In this document: positions 8,083 through 17,784 of the stretch, piece by piece
Numbering within the stretch: position 1 is the first letter of the stretch
How the letters are laid out: the number at the start of each line of letters is the position of its first letter
DNA from: Cyanobacteria bacterium J06626_4
GTDB taxonomy: Bacteria > Cyanobacteriota > Cyanobacteriia > Phormidesmidales > Phormidesmidaceae
Assembly: GCA_038523235.1 (NCBI GenBank)
Contig: JBCBJQ010000041.1
Coordinates: 1 to 48,210 of the forward strand
Direction: 5' to 3'
Length of the DNA: 48,210 bases
Notes under the pieces: model-generated
Databases searched by the model: none
What the model was told of the DNA's origin: nothing
The model's input: the letters and a program-made list of their open reading frames with translations, nothing else
Made by a program: the position numbers and the translations under genes

Positions 8083-8115
8083 AAAAAGGCTGTCCCGACT
8101 TGATAGGACAGCCTT
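8083..8115 (-). terminator. Intrinsic terminator of cp12 (possibly bidirectional)
   Basis: 10-bp stem AAGGCTGTCC/GGACAGCCTT running into a T tract on the minus strand. Confidence 0.8.
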
Positions 8116-8156
8116 CAGAGGCGAGTTAACTTGTCGAATCCAAGGAGAAAGGGAGT

Positions 8157-8384
8157 CTAATCTTCGTAGACGCGGCACTCATCGGCATCGGGGTTCGCAT
8201 CGCAGTACTCTTCAAGTGAAGATTTTTTTTGCTCACCTTGGCGCTGGTGGGAAGCCTCCGCCTGCAGTTCTTCTACCGCATCCCAGGCCGCGGCACATTC
8301 AGCGGAACCTGCGCCAGCGGTATCGCAGGCATCCCGTGCTTCTTTTAGCTCTTCTTGAATTTTGTCTTGAATGTTATTGCTCAT
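8157..8384 (-). CDS. cp12: Calvin cycle regulatory protein CP12
   Basis: AWDAVEEL core motif, N-terminal Cys pair, C-terminal YCDANPDADECRVYED. Confidence 0.97.
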   Translation of the reverse strand: MSNNIQDKIQEELKEARDACDTAGAGSAECAAAWDAVEELQAEASHQRQGEQKKSSLEEYCDANPDADECRVYED

Positions 8385-8952
8385 AAAGACCTTGCTAGCT
8401 CGTATTGAACACTTGTCTCAAATGTCACCGTTTGCACATAGTGGGCGATGGCGACGATGTTCTCGGCCTAGTCTAACGCTTTGCTTTAGTGAGAACGGTG
8501 TAAATCATGGCAAACGTTTACATGGCCCTTCTTTCGGTGGGTGAGTTGTAATATTCCTTGATGAAGAAATAGGCGACGCTTGCCCAGAGGAGTGGGGGTA
8601 AGCATCCAGGAATAGCTCACATTGATCCGTTGTCTAAAGGCTATGCCACAGATCTGGCTTGGCCTCAGCAGCACCCGATGCCAAGTACCCTAGCGGAGGT
8701 GATCAGAATATGTATCGGCCAAAGAAAATAATCTGTCACAAATCTAAAGGCAGGAATGAGGGAATAAATGGGTTCCTTTACGCATGTTGCTTGATTTGTC
8801 TTAGGCTTATGGCAAGTTTTACTCCTAAGGGTGTTTGAGCGGTGGCTATTGGAGCTAGGTGAGGCGCTCACAGCGTAACGTCTTGCCATCTGCCATATGG
8901 GAGTCACTCAAGCATGTTATTAGGCTCGGCTCGTCGCAGGAGATTTGGTTCT

Positions 8953-10209
8953 ATGTCTGCAACTGCTCAGTCCATGCAATGGGTTAGTGCGCTTTCAACC
9001 CGAGCTTCTCTGGAGGCCGCAGTTCGCGAGGTGACTGATCAGCTACGGCAGCAACTGCCTGCGACCCCCGATTTGGCAATGGTGTTCATCTCTTCGGCGT
9101 TTGCGAGTGAATATGCCCGCCTATTGCCGCTGCTGAATGAGTTTATAACTGTCCCTTGCTTGATTGGCTGTAGCGGCGGCGGCGTGGTCGGCACGTTGGT
9201 CGGAGGCAGTACTCTAGAAGTCGAACAAAAGCCCGCGTTGAGTGTGTGTGCTGCCATCCTGCCTGATGTAGTGGTCAAAAGCTTTTATCTGCGAGAGGAT
9301 GATTTACCAGATTTAGATAGCTCACCCAATGACTGGATTGAGCAGGTCGGAGTATCGCCAGCCGATTCCCCGAGTTTTATTTTGATGGCTGATCCACTAA
9401 CTTCGGGCATCAATGAACTTTTACAGGGGCTCGATTTTGCCTATCCTGATGCTGTCAAGGTAGGGGGGCTGGCAAGTGTCAGCAGTTTTCAACGCAGCAG
9501 CGGCCTCTTTTTTAATGACACGCTGCAAACTGAAGGCATTGTCGGGGTGGCTCTATCGGGCAATATCGTTCTAGATGCCATTGTGGCTCAAGGCTGTCGT
9601 CCGATAGGGCAAACGTTTCGGGTCGTGGCAGGAGAGCGCAATATTGTTCTAGAACTTGAGGCTGTTGGCGATCTGAGTGCTGCACCCCAAACCCCTTTGG
9701 TTGTGCTCCAGAATATTTTGAAAGGGCTGGATGAAGGCGATCGCGCCTTAGCGCAAAACTCACTTCACATTGGCATTGCTCAAGATGGCTTTAAGGAAAA
9801 TTTGAACCCAGGCGATTTTCTCATTCGCAATCTGCTGGGAGTTGATCCCAAGATCGGGGCGATGGCGATCGCCGATCGTATTCGAGTGGGTCAACGGGTG
9901 CAGTTTCATCTCCGTGATGCTCGCACCTCTGCTGATGATCTAGAAACTTTGCTGTCAAGTTACCAACGCCAGATGCAGCTGGAGCCCCTAACCGAGATTG
10001 GGGCCTTGCTGTTCTCTTGTATGGGGCGGGGTGAAGGACTCTATCAAAAACCCAACTTTGATTCGCACCTGTTGAATCAATATCTAGAGGGGGTGCCGCT
10101 CAGCGGCTTCTTTTGTGGTGGCGAAATTGGCCCGGTGGGGGGCACCACTTTTTTGCATGGCTATACCTCAGTATTTGGCATTTGTCGCCCTGCCGCCAAA
10201 TCCGTGTAA
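8953..10209 (+). CDS. FIST N/C domain protein
   Basis: LIGCSGGG, KVGGLAS, VAQGCRPIG, FSCMGRG and GFFCGGEIGP...LHGYT motifs; start may be 8914, 8953 or 8974. Confidence 0.9.
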   Translation: MSATAQSMQWVSALSTRASLEAAVREVTDQLRQQLPATPDLAMVFISSAFASEYARLLPLLNEFITVPCLIGCSGGGVVGTLVGGSTLEVEQKPALSVCAAILPDVVVKSFYLREDDLPDLDSSPNDWIEQVGVSPADSPSFILMADPLTSGINELLQGLDFAYPDAVKVGGLASVSSFQRSSGLFFNDTLQTEGIVGVALSGNIVLDAIVAQGCRPIGQTFRVVAGERNIVLELEAVGDLSAAPQTPLVVLQNILKGLDEGDRALAQNSLHIGIAQDGFKENLNPGDFLIRNLLGVDPKIGAMAIADRIRVGQRVQFHLRDARTSADDLETLLSSYQRQMQLEPLTEIGALLFSCMGRGEGLYQKPNFDSHLLNQYLEGVPLSGFFCGGEIGPVGGTTFLHGYTSVFGICRPAAKSV

Positions 10210-10563
10210 GGCTGAACTGGAAGACGGGCACTGTTAGCTCTAGAGAGACAGGCAAGCGTTGATCGCGCCGTTAACGCGACGAGGGCTTTGATTAGGGCCG
10301 CATTCCTGTTGAAGCCCTCTCGCGGTACAGCAAACCTCAGTTAGTTCAAGAACTCTAGATCCGTTAATTTTGTCATATGGCAAGCTGCTTAATTTTGCAT
10401 GCTCACCTCCACATCCTGAACTTTGTGATGTGCGCTCGCCAACCGAATCAGAACACTTAGGCTCTAGCCAGCATAGGTTGCATGAAGTAAAAATGTCCTA
10501 AGCACCTTTGCTGCAGCTATATCTCCTACGAGTAGCTTTAGCGTAAACGCCGGTTGCACACCA

Positions 10564-11883
10564 CTATGGTGTCTCCAACATGACGTATCCAGCCTTCTCT
10601 AGGCCCATCAAAAAGTTGCGCACTGTTTGCAAGGCACTCTCCGTTGATGTTGGCTGCAGGGTAATCAGATCTAAGGGCCGCACCTGCTGCCATCGATCAA
10701 CCAGGTCTGATACTGATTGGGGGCCGGTGAGCAAGGTATACAGGCAACTTGCAAACGAGCTATCCACACCAATGGGCTGTCCATCAACTTTTAAATACTG
10801 ATCAAGGGGAAACAGCCCTAAGCTTTCGGCACTGGCTTCTAAACCGGCTCGAAAGGCAGTGGTTTTTAACTGAGGATGTAAGTAGATCATCGTATCGAGC
10901 CATAGCTCATCCGGCCAATCCTCTACTGGCGGTCGATCTCGCCCTTGCCCCGGATGCCCACAATAGAGATCGAGCAAGCGATGAATCGGGTTTAGCAGCT
11001 CAAAAAGATAAAGCTGCTCCTCTAGTGTCATTGAGGCAATATTCAGCGCCACGGCAATGGGCAGGTCTTCAATGTTTTTGAACAACTCTTCCAGGTTCCA
11101 CTGCCGCCAGTTGAGCATGCTGATAAACTCTAGCCCTGCTCGCTGTAGTAGGGCTGAAAAATCAGCCATTGTAATGCCTGTATCGCCTCGTAACAAATGA
11201 TTTGCCAGCAAACGCTCATCATCGGTTTCAAAAGCAGACTTCCAGGTTTGTTTTTTTGCTTCCACCCAGTCTTCGAGCACTGACATAGTTTGACGCACTA
11301 CAGCCATTTCTTCGGGTGTCGAAGACCCTTCTAAACATCCAACTTGGGCCCAAAATTTTTGCATACGATAGTAATCTGTTCGCTGCAGAGCGCTGTGCAT
11401 ATTCGCCCGAATAATACCGTCGGCCTTGAGCACCGATTTCATTGCTGCCAGACCGGTATACGGATCTTCCAGCAAATAAAGGACATCGTCGCAGTTGATG
11501 TAATCAAAGGTGTAAGGCAGGGTCGGCAATGCTTCGATCGGCAGACAGTGAAAATGAAAAGGATTTGGAATCTTATGATATTCCAAACGTTGCTGGGCCA
11601 TTTTCACTGACTTAGGCGAAATATCGACCCCGACTAAGGTGGCACCGGGATTGGCGATCGCCAATGCCATCAGTTTGAATCCAGACCCACAGCCCGCATC
11701 TAAAATCCACTTGTTTTGGCTATTGGTAACCTGATGGTTTCTCAAATAGTAGGGGATTGCAAAGTTGTGCTTAGATAAATAACTAGGATCTTGACCTGGA
11801 TGCTTTTCGAGGGGCTGATTGGGATAGGGCAACGCATCAAATTGAGGGCGAATTTTGTCCCAATGAGAAGATGACTCAGTCAT
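10564..11883 (-). CDS. Class I SAM-dependent methyltransferase, pilin-locus associated
   Basis: ILDAGCGSG motif I, GVDIS, FDYINCDDVLY, LKADGIIR; long C-terminal extension. Confidence 0.88.
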   Translation of the reverse strand: MTESSSHWDKIRPQFDALPYPNQPLEKHPGQDPSYLSKHNFAIPYYLRNHQVTNSQNKWILDAGCGSGFKLMALAIANPGATLVGVDISPKSVKMAQQRLEYHKIPNPFHFHCLPIEALPTLPYTFDYINCDDVLYLLEDPYTGLAAMKSVLKADGIIRANMHSALQRTDYYRMQKFWAQVGCLEGSSTPEEMAVVRQTMSVLEDWVEAKKQTWKSAFETDDERLLANHLLRGDTGITMADFSALLQRAGLEFISMLNWRQWNLEELFKNIEDLPIAVALNIASMTLEEQLYLFELLNPIHRLLDLYCGHPGQGRDRPPVEDWPDELWLDTMIYLHPQLKTTAFRAGLEASAESLGLFPLDQYLKVDGQPIGVDSSFASCLYTLLTGPQSVSDLVDRWQQVRPLDLITLQPTSTESALQTVRNFLMGLEKAGYVMLETP

Positions 11884-12130
11884 AGAAAATCTATCAAATG
11901 ATAATTTGGGTAAAATGTTGTGAAGTGGGTTAAGAATCTTTCATCCTCGTCCTCACCACCTCATTCGCACTAAGCGACCTTATTCTTATCAAGGAGATTG
12001 TGTTCTTGTCAGAACTTGGGCTCGAAGCCTTTTTTTCTTCAGACAGAGAGGTGTAGAAAGAGGGCTATGTCAGCTATCAAACTCCCATAAACAATATCGC
12101 AACATAAGGCTGAAGACATGATGTTCAAGT

Positions 12131-12928
12131 TTATTCTTCAGGTGTAGAAGAGGCTTGCTGGCGAATCGAGTAGCTGCCTTGTTCGTTGGGCACAACTTCA
12201 TACCCGAGGGCTTCGATATTTTTAATCACCTCAGCCCGACTTTTGTCATCGGGTACAGAGCCTAGCACCTGAGCCCATGCACCGATCTGAGCCTGGGTTC
12301 TGTCAGGATTGCCTGCTAAAAACTCAGCCGTTTGTCGTAGAGAGACCTGGTCTTCTTGGGCTCTGGGATCGGATGACTGCGCTGCCCACTCGGCAGCGGT
12401 TTGATGAGAACGACTCGCCGCTTCAACATCGTCAAGAAATAGAATTTCGTCGATACCCTTATGACGCCAGATAAAGTATCCCTCAGGTGGAAACTCTGGT
12501 GATAAATTCTGGAGACCTCGCTCCTGTAGCTCAACGGCTTTTTCAGCCTGACCAGCAAAAATCGAGACGCTACTCGATAGGTACACGTAAGCCAAATAAA
12601 AATAGGGGTCGCGCTCTAAAATTACGTCAAAGTACTCAGCGCTCAGACCATACCCATTGATTTGCCGATATTCGTTGCTGCCAAAATATTGTAGGAAGTT
12701 GAGGAAAGTCCAATCAGCGATCAGATTTCGATACCCAACATCAGGCAGTGTTTTGAGCAAAGATAATTGCAGCTGTGCTTCTTGCGTTTGCAACTCAGCT
12801 TGTTGAGGCAGGGCTGATGCTTGAGGATTTAACGCCGAACGCAACCGATCTACCTGCATCGTGACGATGCCAGCAATAATCAGTCCGAAAATGCCCCCCT
12901 TGATGGCCCAAGATTGGGTTCGCGTCAT
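12131..12928 (-). CDS. Conserved pilin-locus hypothetical protein with N-terminal membrane anchor
   Basis: N-terminal TM; NLIADWTFLNFLQYFG and YFDVILERDPYF motifs recalled from proteins encoded next to cyanobacterial pilA; ATG 12928 preferred. Confidence 0.7.
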   Translation of the reverse strand: MTRTQSWAIKGGIFGLIIAGIVTMQVDRLRSALNPQASALPQQAELQTQEAQLQLSLLKTLPDVGYRNLIADWTFLNFLQYFGSNEYRQINGYGLSAEYFDVILERDPYFYLAYVYLSSSVSIFAGQAEKAVELQERGLQNLSPEFPPEGYFIWRHKGIDEILFLDDVEAASRSHQTAAEWAAQSSDPRAQEDQVSLRQTAEFLAGNPDRTQAQIGAWAQVLGSVPDDKSRAEVIKNIEALGYEVVPNEQGSYSIRQQASSTPEE

Positions 12929-13163
12929 CGTCTCAACCTCATCTGTTGCTGGCAATTTTTTCAGTCAAAAAGTCTTTGCGCAGGTCTGTAACTATCAGCG
13001 GTTAGTCCAAGTTCTCAATCTAAACTAAAAGCGCTCCACCAAAATAGTGAAGCGCTTTCGCGTTACCTAAAGCATGTGAACCGAATTCAAACTCCAGATT
13101 GAGGATCAAAACAGGCAATTTTGTTGACTATCTTGAACTATTTTTGGCGATGAGCAACCCGCC

Positions 13164-13195
13164 AAAGATGCTATCCACTACTGGATAGCATCTTT
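13164..13195 (-). terminator. 14-bp perfect hairpin downstream of pilA
   Basis: AAAGATGCTATCCA-ctac-TGGATAGCATCTTT, 22 nt after the pilA stop. Confidence 0.75.
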
Positions 13196-13217
13196 AAGCA
13201 GTCATAGTTATACAACA

Positions 13218-13772
13218 CTACTTAATCGGTTCCAGATCAGCCCCGCAATCTGCAGCTGTAATAACGTTAGCCACTTGCGTGTCATTTGCAACAGAGGCCT
13301 TCTCACGACAGAGGTTAGAAACAGTAGCCTGCTTACCAGCACCGGTTGTAGTGACGTAAGTAACGCCAGCAAAGCCTCTCAGCTCTCGCTTAGGTACAGC
13401 ATAAATGACAGCGCCATCGTTGATCGTTGCTCCGATGTTGAAATCACCATCGCCCGTTGTGGTAGTCGTATCATCAGTATACGAAAAGTTATCAGTGTCT
13501 TGTTCGACACCCACATCAAGGTTCGAAACGTTAGGAGCAAAGTCAACTGCCTCCAGGTAATAAGCCTGCTGACCTCGGTTAAGGGCACCGATCGCTTGAG
13601 AAGCTTCAGTCTCACGGGCGCGGTTGGCCTGGTTGAGGAAGGAAGGCAGAGCGATCGCGGCCAAGATGCCGATAATGATAATGACCACCAGCAGCTCGAT
13701 CAGGGTGAAGCCACCCTCGGCTTGCTTGCGGCGCAGATGCTGTAATAGGTTGAATTTCAGGCTAGTTTTCAT
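13218..13772 (-). CDS. pilA: Type IV major pilin
   Basis: Class III signal peptide EGG|FTLIELLVVIIIIGILAAIALPSFL, LNRGQQAYYLE, C-terminal Cys pair; GGAGAG RBS. Confidence 0.95.
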   Translation of the reverse strand: MKTSLKFNLLQHLRRKQAEGGFTLIELLVVIIIIGILAAIALPSFLNQANRARETEASQAIGALNRGQQAYYLEAVDFAPNVSNLDVGVEQDTDNFSYTDDTTTTTGDGDFNIGATINDGAVIYAVPKRELRGFAGVTYVTTTGAGKQATVSNLCREKASVANDTQVANVITAADCGADLEPIK

Positions 13773-13834
13773 TGGTTGAGGTCTCTCCTTGAGAAGCCGG
13801 TTAATAATGGACTGCGTCTAGCTCCATGCAGCTT

Positions 13835-13843
13835 AGACTACCC
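13835..13843 (-). promoter_or_regulatory. Putative SigF/SigJ-type promoter box of pilA
   Basis: GGGTAGTCT about 63 nt upstream of the ATG; resembles the GGGTAA / GGGAATACT boxes of cyanobacterial pilus genes. Confidence 0.5.
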
Positions 13844-14162
13844 GCGACGTTTCAGTTTCATATCACTGACAACATTTTTTTTATAAATCGTTCAAGCCTT
13901 TGGGCTATAAACCCTGTCAACAAAGTCGCTAAGCCAGGTCTCAGTGCATCTGACTAGCGATTTCTAGCGTGAAGTTACAGTCTTCACTTACCCAGGAAAA
14001 TCGATGAATGCCTGTCCTTTGATGTCGAGAAGGGTCCAGGATGGCGACAGGATCATCAGCGTATTTCGGAACCTTTGATGTTGTAAGTAAAGGGTCAATG
14101 GCCACCCTTATTATGAATGGAGCGACAGCATACAAGAACGCTCATCATGCCTAAATTTAGGG

Positions 14163-15140
14163 CTATGAACGATTCTCAGCGTTGATTTCGTCCAAAATGG
14201 CCTGAGCACCACGGCCTCGTACACGCTGAGCCAGTGTGGTGCCCAACTGCTCAGCTTCCGCCGGTGTTCCTTGAATTTCTTCTTTAATCAGGGTTTGACC
14301 GTCTAGGCTGGCAACAAGGCCAGTGAGGGTCAGGGTGTCGTTCGCCCACACCGTATTGACGCCAATGGGAACCTGACAGCCACCTTCGAGCTCTCGCAAA
14401 AAGGCGCGTTCGGCCAAACAGCGATCGGCGCTAGCGCGGTCTTCTAAGGTTTTGATCAGCGCCAATATTTCCGCATCGTCGGCACGACACTCAATGCCTA
14501 AGGCCCCTTGGCCCACGGCATGGAGTGACACTTCGGCGGGTAAGTTCTGATGAATGCGATCGCCCATCCCCAACCGCTCTAAACCAGCCACAGCCAATAT
14601 GATTGCGTCGTACTGACCTTCATCGAGTTTGCGTAGGCGAGTATTGAGGTTGCCGCGAATATCTTTGAAAGTGAGATGGGGAAAGTGATGACGTAACTGG
14701 GCTAAGCGCCGCAGCGAAGACGTGCCGACGACCGCTCCTTCCGGCAGGGTGTCAATCTGTTTGTCTTGGTGTTTGGCGTGGACGACGAGCGCGTCAGCGG
14801 GATTCTCGCGCTGAGTGACACAACCCAGCATCAACCCGTCGGGCAAGCGAGTCGGCAGGTCTTTGAGGGAATGCACGGCAAAGTCAATATCGCCCTGCAG
14901 CATGCCATCTTCGAGCTCTTGGGTAAAGAGCCCCTTGTCGCCAATTTTCGACAAAGACACGTTCAACACCTTGTCACCGTGCGTTTCCATCGTGCTGATT
15001 TCAAAGGCCAACTCAGGAAACTGCTTTTGCAATTCGTCGCGGACCCAATGAGTTTGCACCAGCGCCAGCTGACTCTTGCGCGAGCCGATGCGCACCGTGC
15101 GAGTGGGGGCAGCCGTTGAAGTAGAAGCCATTGAAGTCAT
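14163..15140 (-). CDS. hemC: Porphobilinogen deaminase (hydroxymethylbilane synthase)
   Basis: [60 protein letters not shown]. Confidence 0.97.
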   Translation of the reverse strand: MTSMASTSTAAPTRTVRIGSRKSQLALVQTHWVRDELQKQFPELAFEISTMETHGDKVLNVSLSKIGDKGLFTQELEDGMLQGDIDFAVHSLKDLPTRLPDGLMLGCVTQRENPADALVVHAKHQDKQIDTLPEGAVVGTSSLRRLAQLRHHFPHLTFKDIRGNLNTRLRKLDEGQYDAIILAVAGLERLGMGDRIHQNLPAEVSLHAVGQGALGIECRADDAEILALIKTLEDRASADRCLAERAFLRELEGGCQVPIGVNTVWANDTLTLTGLVASLDGQTLIKEEIQGTPAEAEQLGTTLAQRVRGRGAQAILDEINAENRS

Positions 15141-15278
15141 GGAAACTTAGCTTATTAAAGTCGTCTAGGAGTTGATATTGCGCAGAAAAACTGCAAGATC
15201 TTAAGGTTACCCCAATTGTTTACCGTTTCTGTGGGGTATCCGGGCACTGTTAACGAAAGGATAATTCTGTCAGCTGCT

Positions 15279-16595
15279 ATGCTCCCCATTTTCTCCTCCG
15301 CTTGGCGTCACTGGCCGGGCGCGATCGCGATTGCCTTGGTCGGTTGGGCGTCACTGCCGATCGTTGCCTGGGCTCAACTTTCGCCAGTGCTGCTTGATCT
15401 GTTTCTCTCGGATCCGGAGCTGACCGAGCCGCGCGATCCCCTATTGCCCGAGCTGCCGATTGTGCGCCCCCTTAGCCCCTTAGAAAAGCTAGCGCTGGAA
15501 GCGGAACTCGACCTGCTCGCCGTGGAAGCGGAGCAGCTGTTTTTAGAGGGGCAAACCGAACTAGCGTTTGTGGAATGGATGCGGGAAGTGCGGCTCCGGC
15601 GAATTTTAGGCTATGAGGAAGAGATTGCGGCGATTCAGCGGGTGGGTCTGCGGGCCTGGGAAAACTCTCGAGGCGAGGAAACGCAGCTATTAGCCATTCG
15701 ATTACGGCAGATTCAGACGGACTTGCTCGACGACGAGCCGCTGAATATTGAACTGCTGGAGGAAGTGGCCGTCGCCTTTGAAGTGTTACGTGACATTGAT
15801 GCGGCGATCGCCGTGTATGAAACGCTCATTGTGCGAGCTGCCCAAGCCGGCGATCGCGAGGAGCGACAGCGCCTGCTGGAAAATCTAGCGCGTCTGCAAG
15901 CAACCTGGTTTCGCTTTGCGGTGGCCGCTGAGACCTATCAAACTCTATTGAGTTCTCTCGGTAGTAATGGCGATGACATGAAAGAGGTGGAGTATTTGAA
16001 AGGGGCTATTCAAAATTACCAGGCGGCTGGAGAGGTGCGCACCGCCATTACCTACCAGCGGCGGCTGGCGCGAAAATATGAGCAGACGGCGCAGCCGCTA
16101 CCGATTCCACCCTTGCTGTTGGCGATCGCTCGAAATTATCGCAATCTCGACAACTTGGCCCAAGCCCAGAACTTTTACACCACGACCTATTCAATCGCCC
16201 TCAGCCAACGACAAACCGATGTGGCCAGCGACGCCTTGCAAGATCTAGCAGAGATTTATCTCGAACAAGACCAACCCGAAGACGTGTTTTACCTCTATCA
16301 GCAGCGCCTAGCGGTCGAGCGCCTCTCTTACAACGGCTACGGCCTGATGGATACGTTCGATCAAATTGGCCAGCTATATGAAGTGCAAGATGAGCCCAGC
16401 GCCGCCATCTCAGCTTACAAAGAAGCCCTGATTGTGGCAGAACATCTCAACTACCGCGACGCTTATTTTAAGTTGAAGCTCCTGCAGCTCTTGCTGGCCG
16501 AAGAGCGGCTAACCGTGCCTACTTTAGATCAGCATCTCGCTAACCCAAGGGGAGCCTTACGAGATCACGATTATTGGCAAGGGAACAGGCAATAA
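15279..16595 (+). CDS. Exported tetratricopeptide-repeat protein
   Basis: Signal-peptide-like N-terminus ending AWA-Q; helical TPR-like repeats; start uncertain (15216 or 15279). Confidence 0.75.
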   Translation: MLPIFSSAWRHWPGAIAIALVGWASLPIVAWAQLSPVLLDLFLSDPELTEPRDPLLPELPIVRPLSPLEKLALEAELDLLAVEAEQLFLEGQTELAFVEWMREVRLRRILGYEEEIAAIQRVGLRAWENSRGEETQLLAIRLRQIQTDLLDDEPLNIELLEEVAVAFEVLRDIDAAIAVYETLIVRAAQAGDREERQRLLENLARLQATWFRFAVAAETYQTLLSSLGSNGDDMKEVEYLKGAIQNYQAAGEVRTAITYQRRLARKYEQTAQPLPIPPLLLAIARNYRNLDNLAQAQNFYTTTYSIALSQRQTDVASDALQDLAEIYLEQDQPEDVFYLYQQRLAVERLSYNGYGLMDTFDQIGQLYEVQDEPSAAISAYKEALIVAEHLNYRDAYFKLKLLQLLLAEERLTVPTLDQHLANPRGALRDHDYWQGNRQ

Positions 16596-16619
16596 AAGCG
16601 TGACCGTACTCTTGTTTGC

Positions 16620-17201
16620 TTAGGCCGATAATTCATTGAGGGCATAGCGGGCGATCGCCAGACTCAAGCGGGCTTGCTCAACCTCAGAGAGAGCAGCCCA
16701 ATCAGTTTGACGCACCGAGCGCAGAGTCGCTTCTAAAATCTCCTCTTGACCGCTCCGCATGGCCATCGCTAAGGGCCGCGCCATGACGTTCAAATCATCA
16801 GCGTCCCAACCGGTTAACACTGACTGAGCCGCCGTGACAAGTTGATCAATGAGTGCGCCGCTATCGCTCGCCACGACTTGAGTGCTCGCCGCGAGAGTTT
16901 GCAGCAAGTGGGCCGGCATCCGGGCCCCAAATTTCTGAGTCAGCGTTGCCAGCAATGACTGGGTCGGACTTTCCCAAAGCTGAGCGGCCAGCTGCGAGAC
17001 TTGCTGCCATTTTGAGTCCAGCGCTTCGTCTATCAGAGCTGCCTCAGAGGCCTGCTCTAGCCTATCTAAATATTGAGGGGTTGCTGAATCATAAAGATTC
17101 CACGGATAAGCCTCCTCCTGATTGAGCAGCGAGTGCAGTAACTCTTGTTCAATCTGTTGCTGAGGGGTCAGGTTAGAAACGGGATTGGTTGACTCATTCA
17201 T
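16620..17201 (-). CDS. Conserved cyanobacterial hypothetical all-helical protein
   Basis: 193-aa ORF with YPWN, DDLNVMARPLAMAMR and WAALSEVEQARLSLAIARYAL blocks. Confidence 0.75.
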   Translation of the reverse strand: MNESTNPVSNLTPQQQIEQELLHSLLNQEEAYPWNLYDSATPQYLDRLEQASEAALIDEALDSKWQQVSQLAAQLWESPTQSLLATLTQKFGARMPAHLLQTLAASTQVVASDSGALIDQLVTAAQSVLTGWDADDLNVMARPLAMAMRSGQEEILEATLRSVRQTDWAALSEVEQARLSLAIARYALNELSA

Positions 17202-17784
17202 GGGTATTGTTCTCGTTAGGGATGCACCGATAAGCAGTCATTGGCGCGGCTAGAGCAATTAGCCAGTCTCTTTGGCTGGTCTTAGCTACAAAACTGCTGG
17301 GGGGCGTTCCGCATAAAACCAAAGGCAATTGGTCAGGAACTGAGAATTCCAGAAAACGATAGGCCTCATTGTTGATTGGCACAGTCAAGGAGACCAGGTT
17401 GTGTGGTTCATCCGCCCGCGATTGGCGGCAAAACGACGATTCTCCTCAATCAACGATTGTTTCGGCAACTGTAACAAATTCCGAGGGTGAGGATCGTGTC
17501 CGGCTCTGGCATTGTGACCAAGTTCAGTATTGGTTTCCCTAAGTCAGTCTCCAACAACTATTCTCGTCCGTACATTTACGGAATCAAACCAGAACCACCC
17601 GGCAATTTGTCGCTGGGTTCTGGCGATCGCCGCCCCTCTTACTGCTCCTGAGCCAGAAGCAGAACTGGACTATGCTTGCCCCTCAGTTTCACAAGGGGGG
17701 GCTCTCGTCACACCTTGCTTACCAGGGAGAGAGAAATGTCAAACTCAGTTTGTGCCTTGCTTCCTTGCCCTTTCCACATGGAAT

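Noticed and set aside
7896..8084. 62-aa minus-strand ORF, or identification of this region as 6S RNA
   Set aside because: The ORF start lies in the cp12 terminator tail with no RBS. Some 6S-like words occur (GGGAGT, CCCACCTTGAACC), but their order and spacing do not give the canonical 6S rod.
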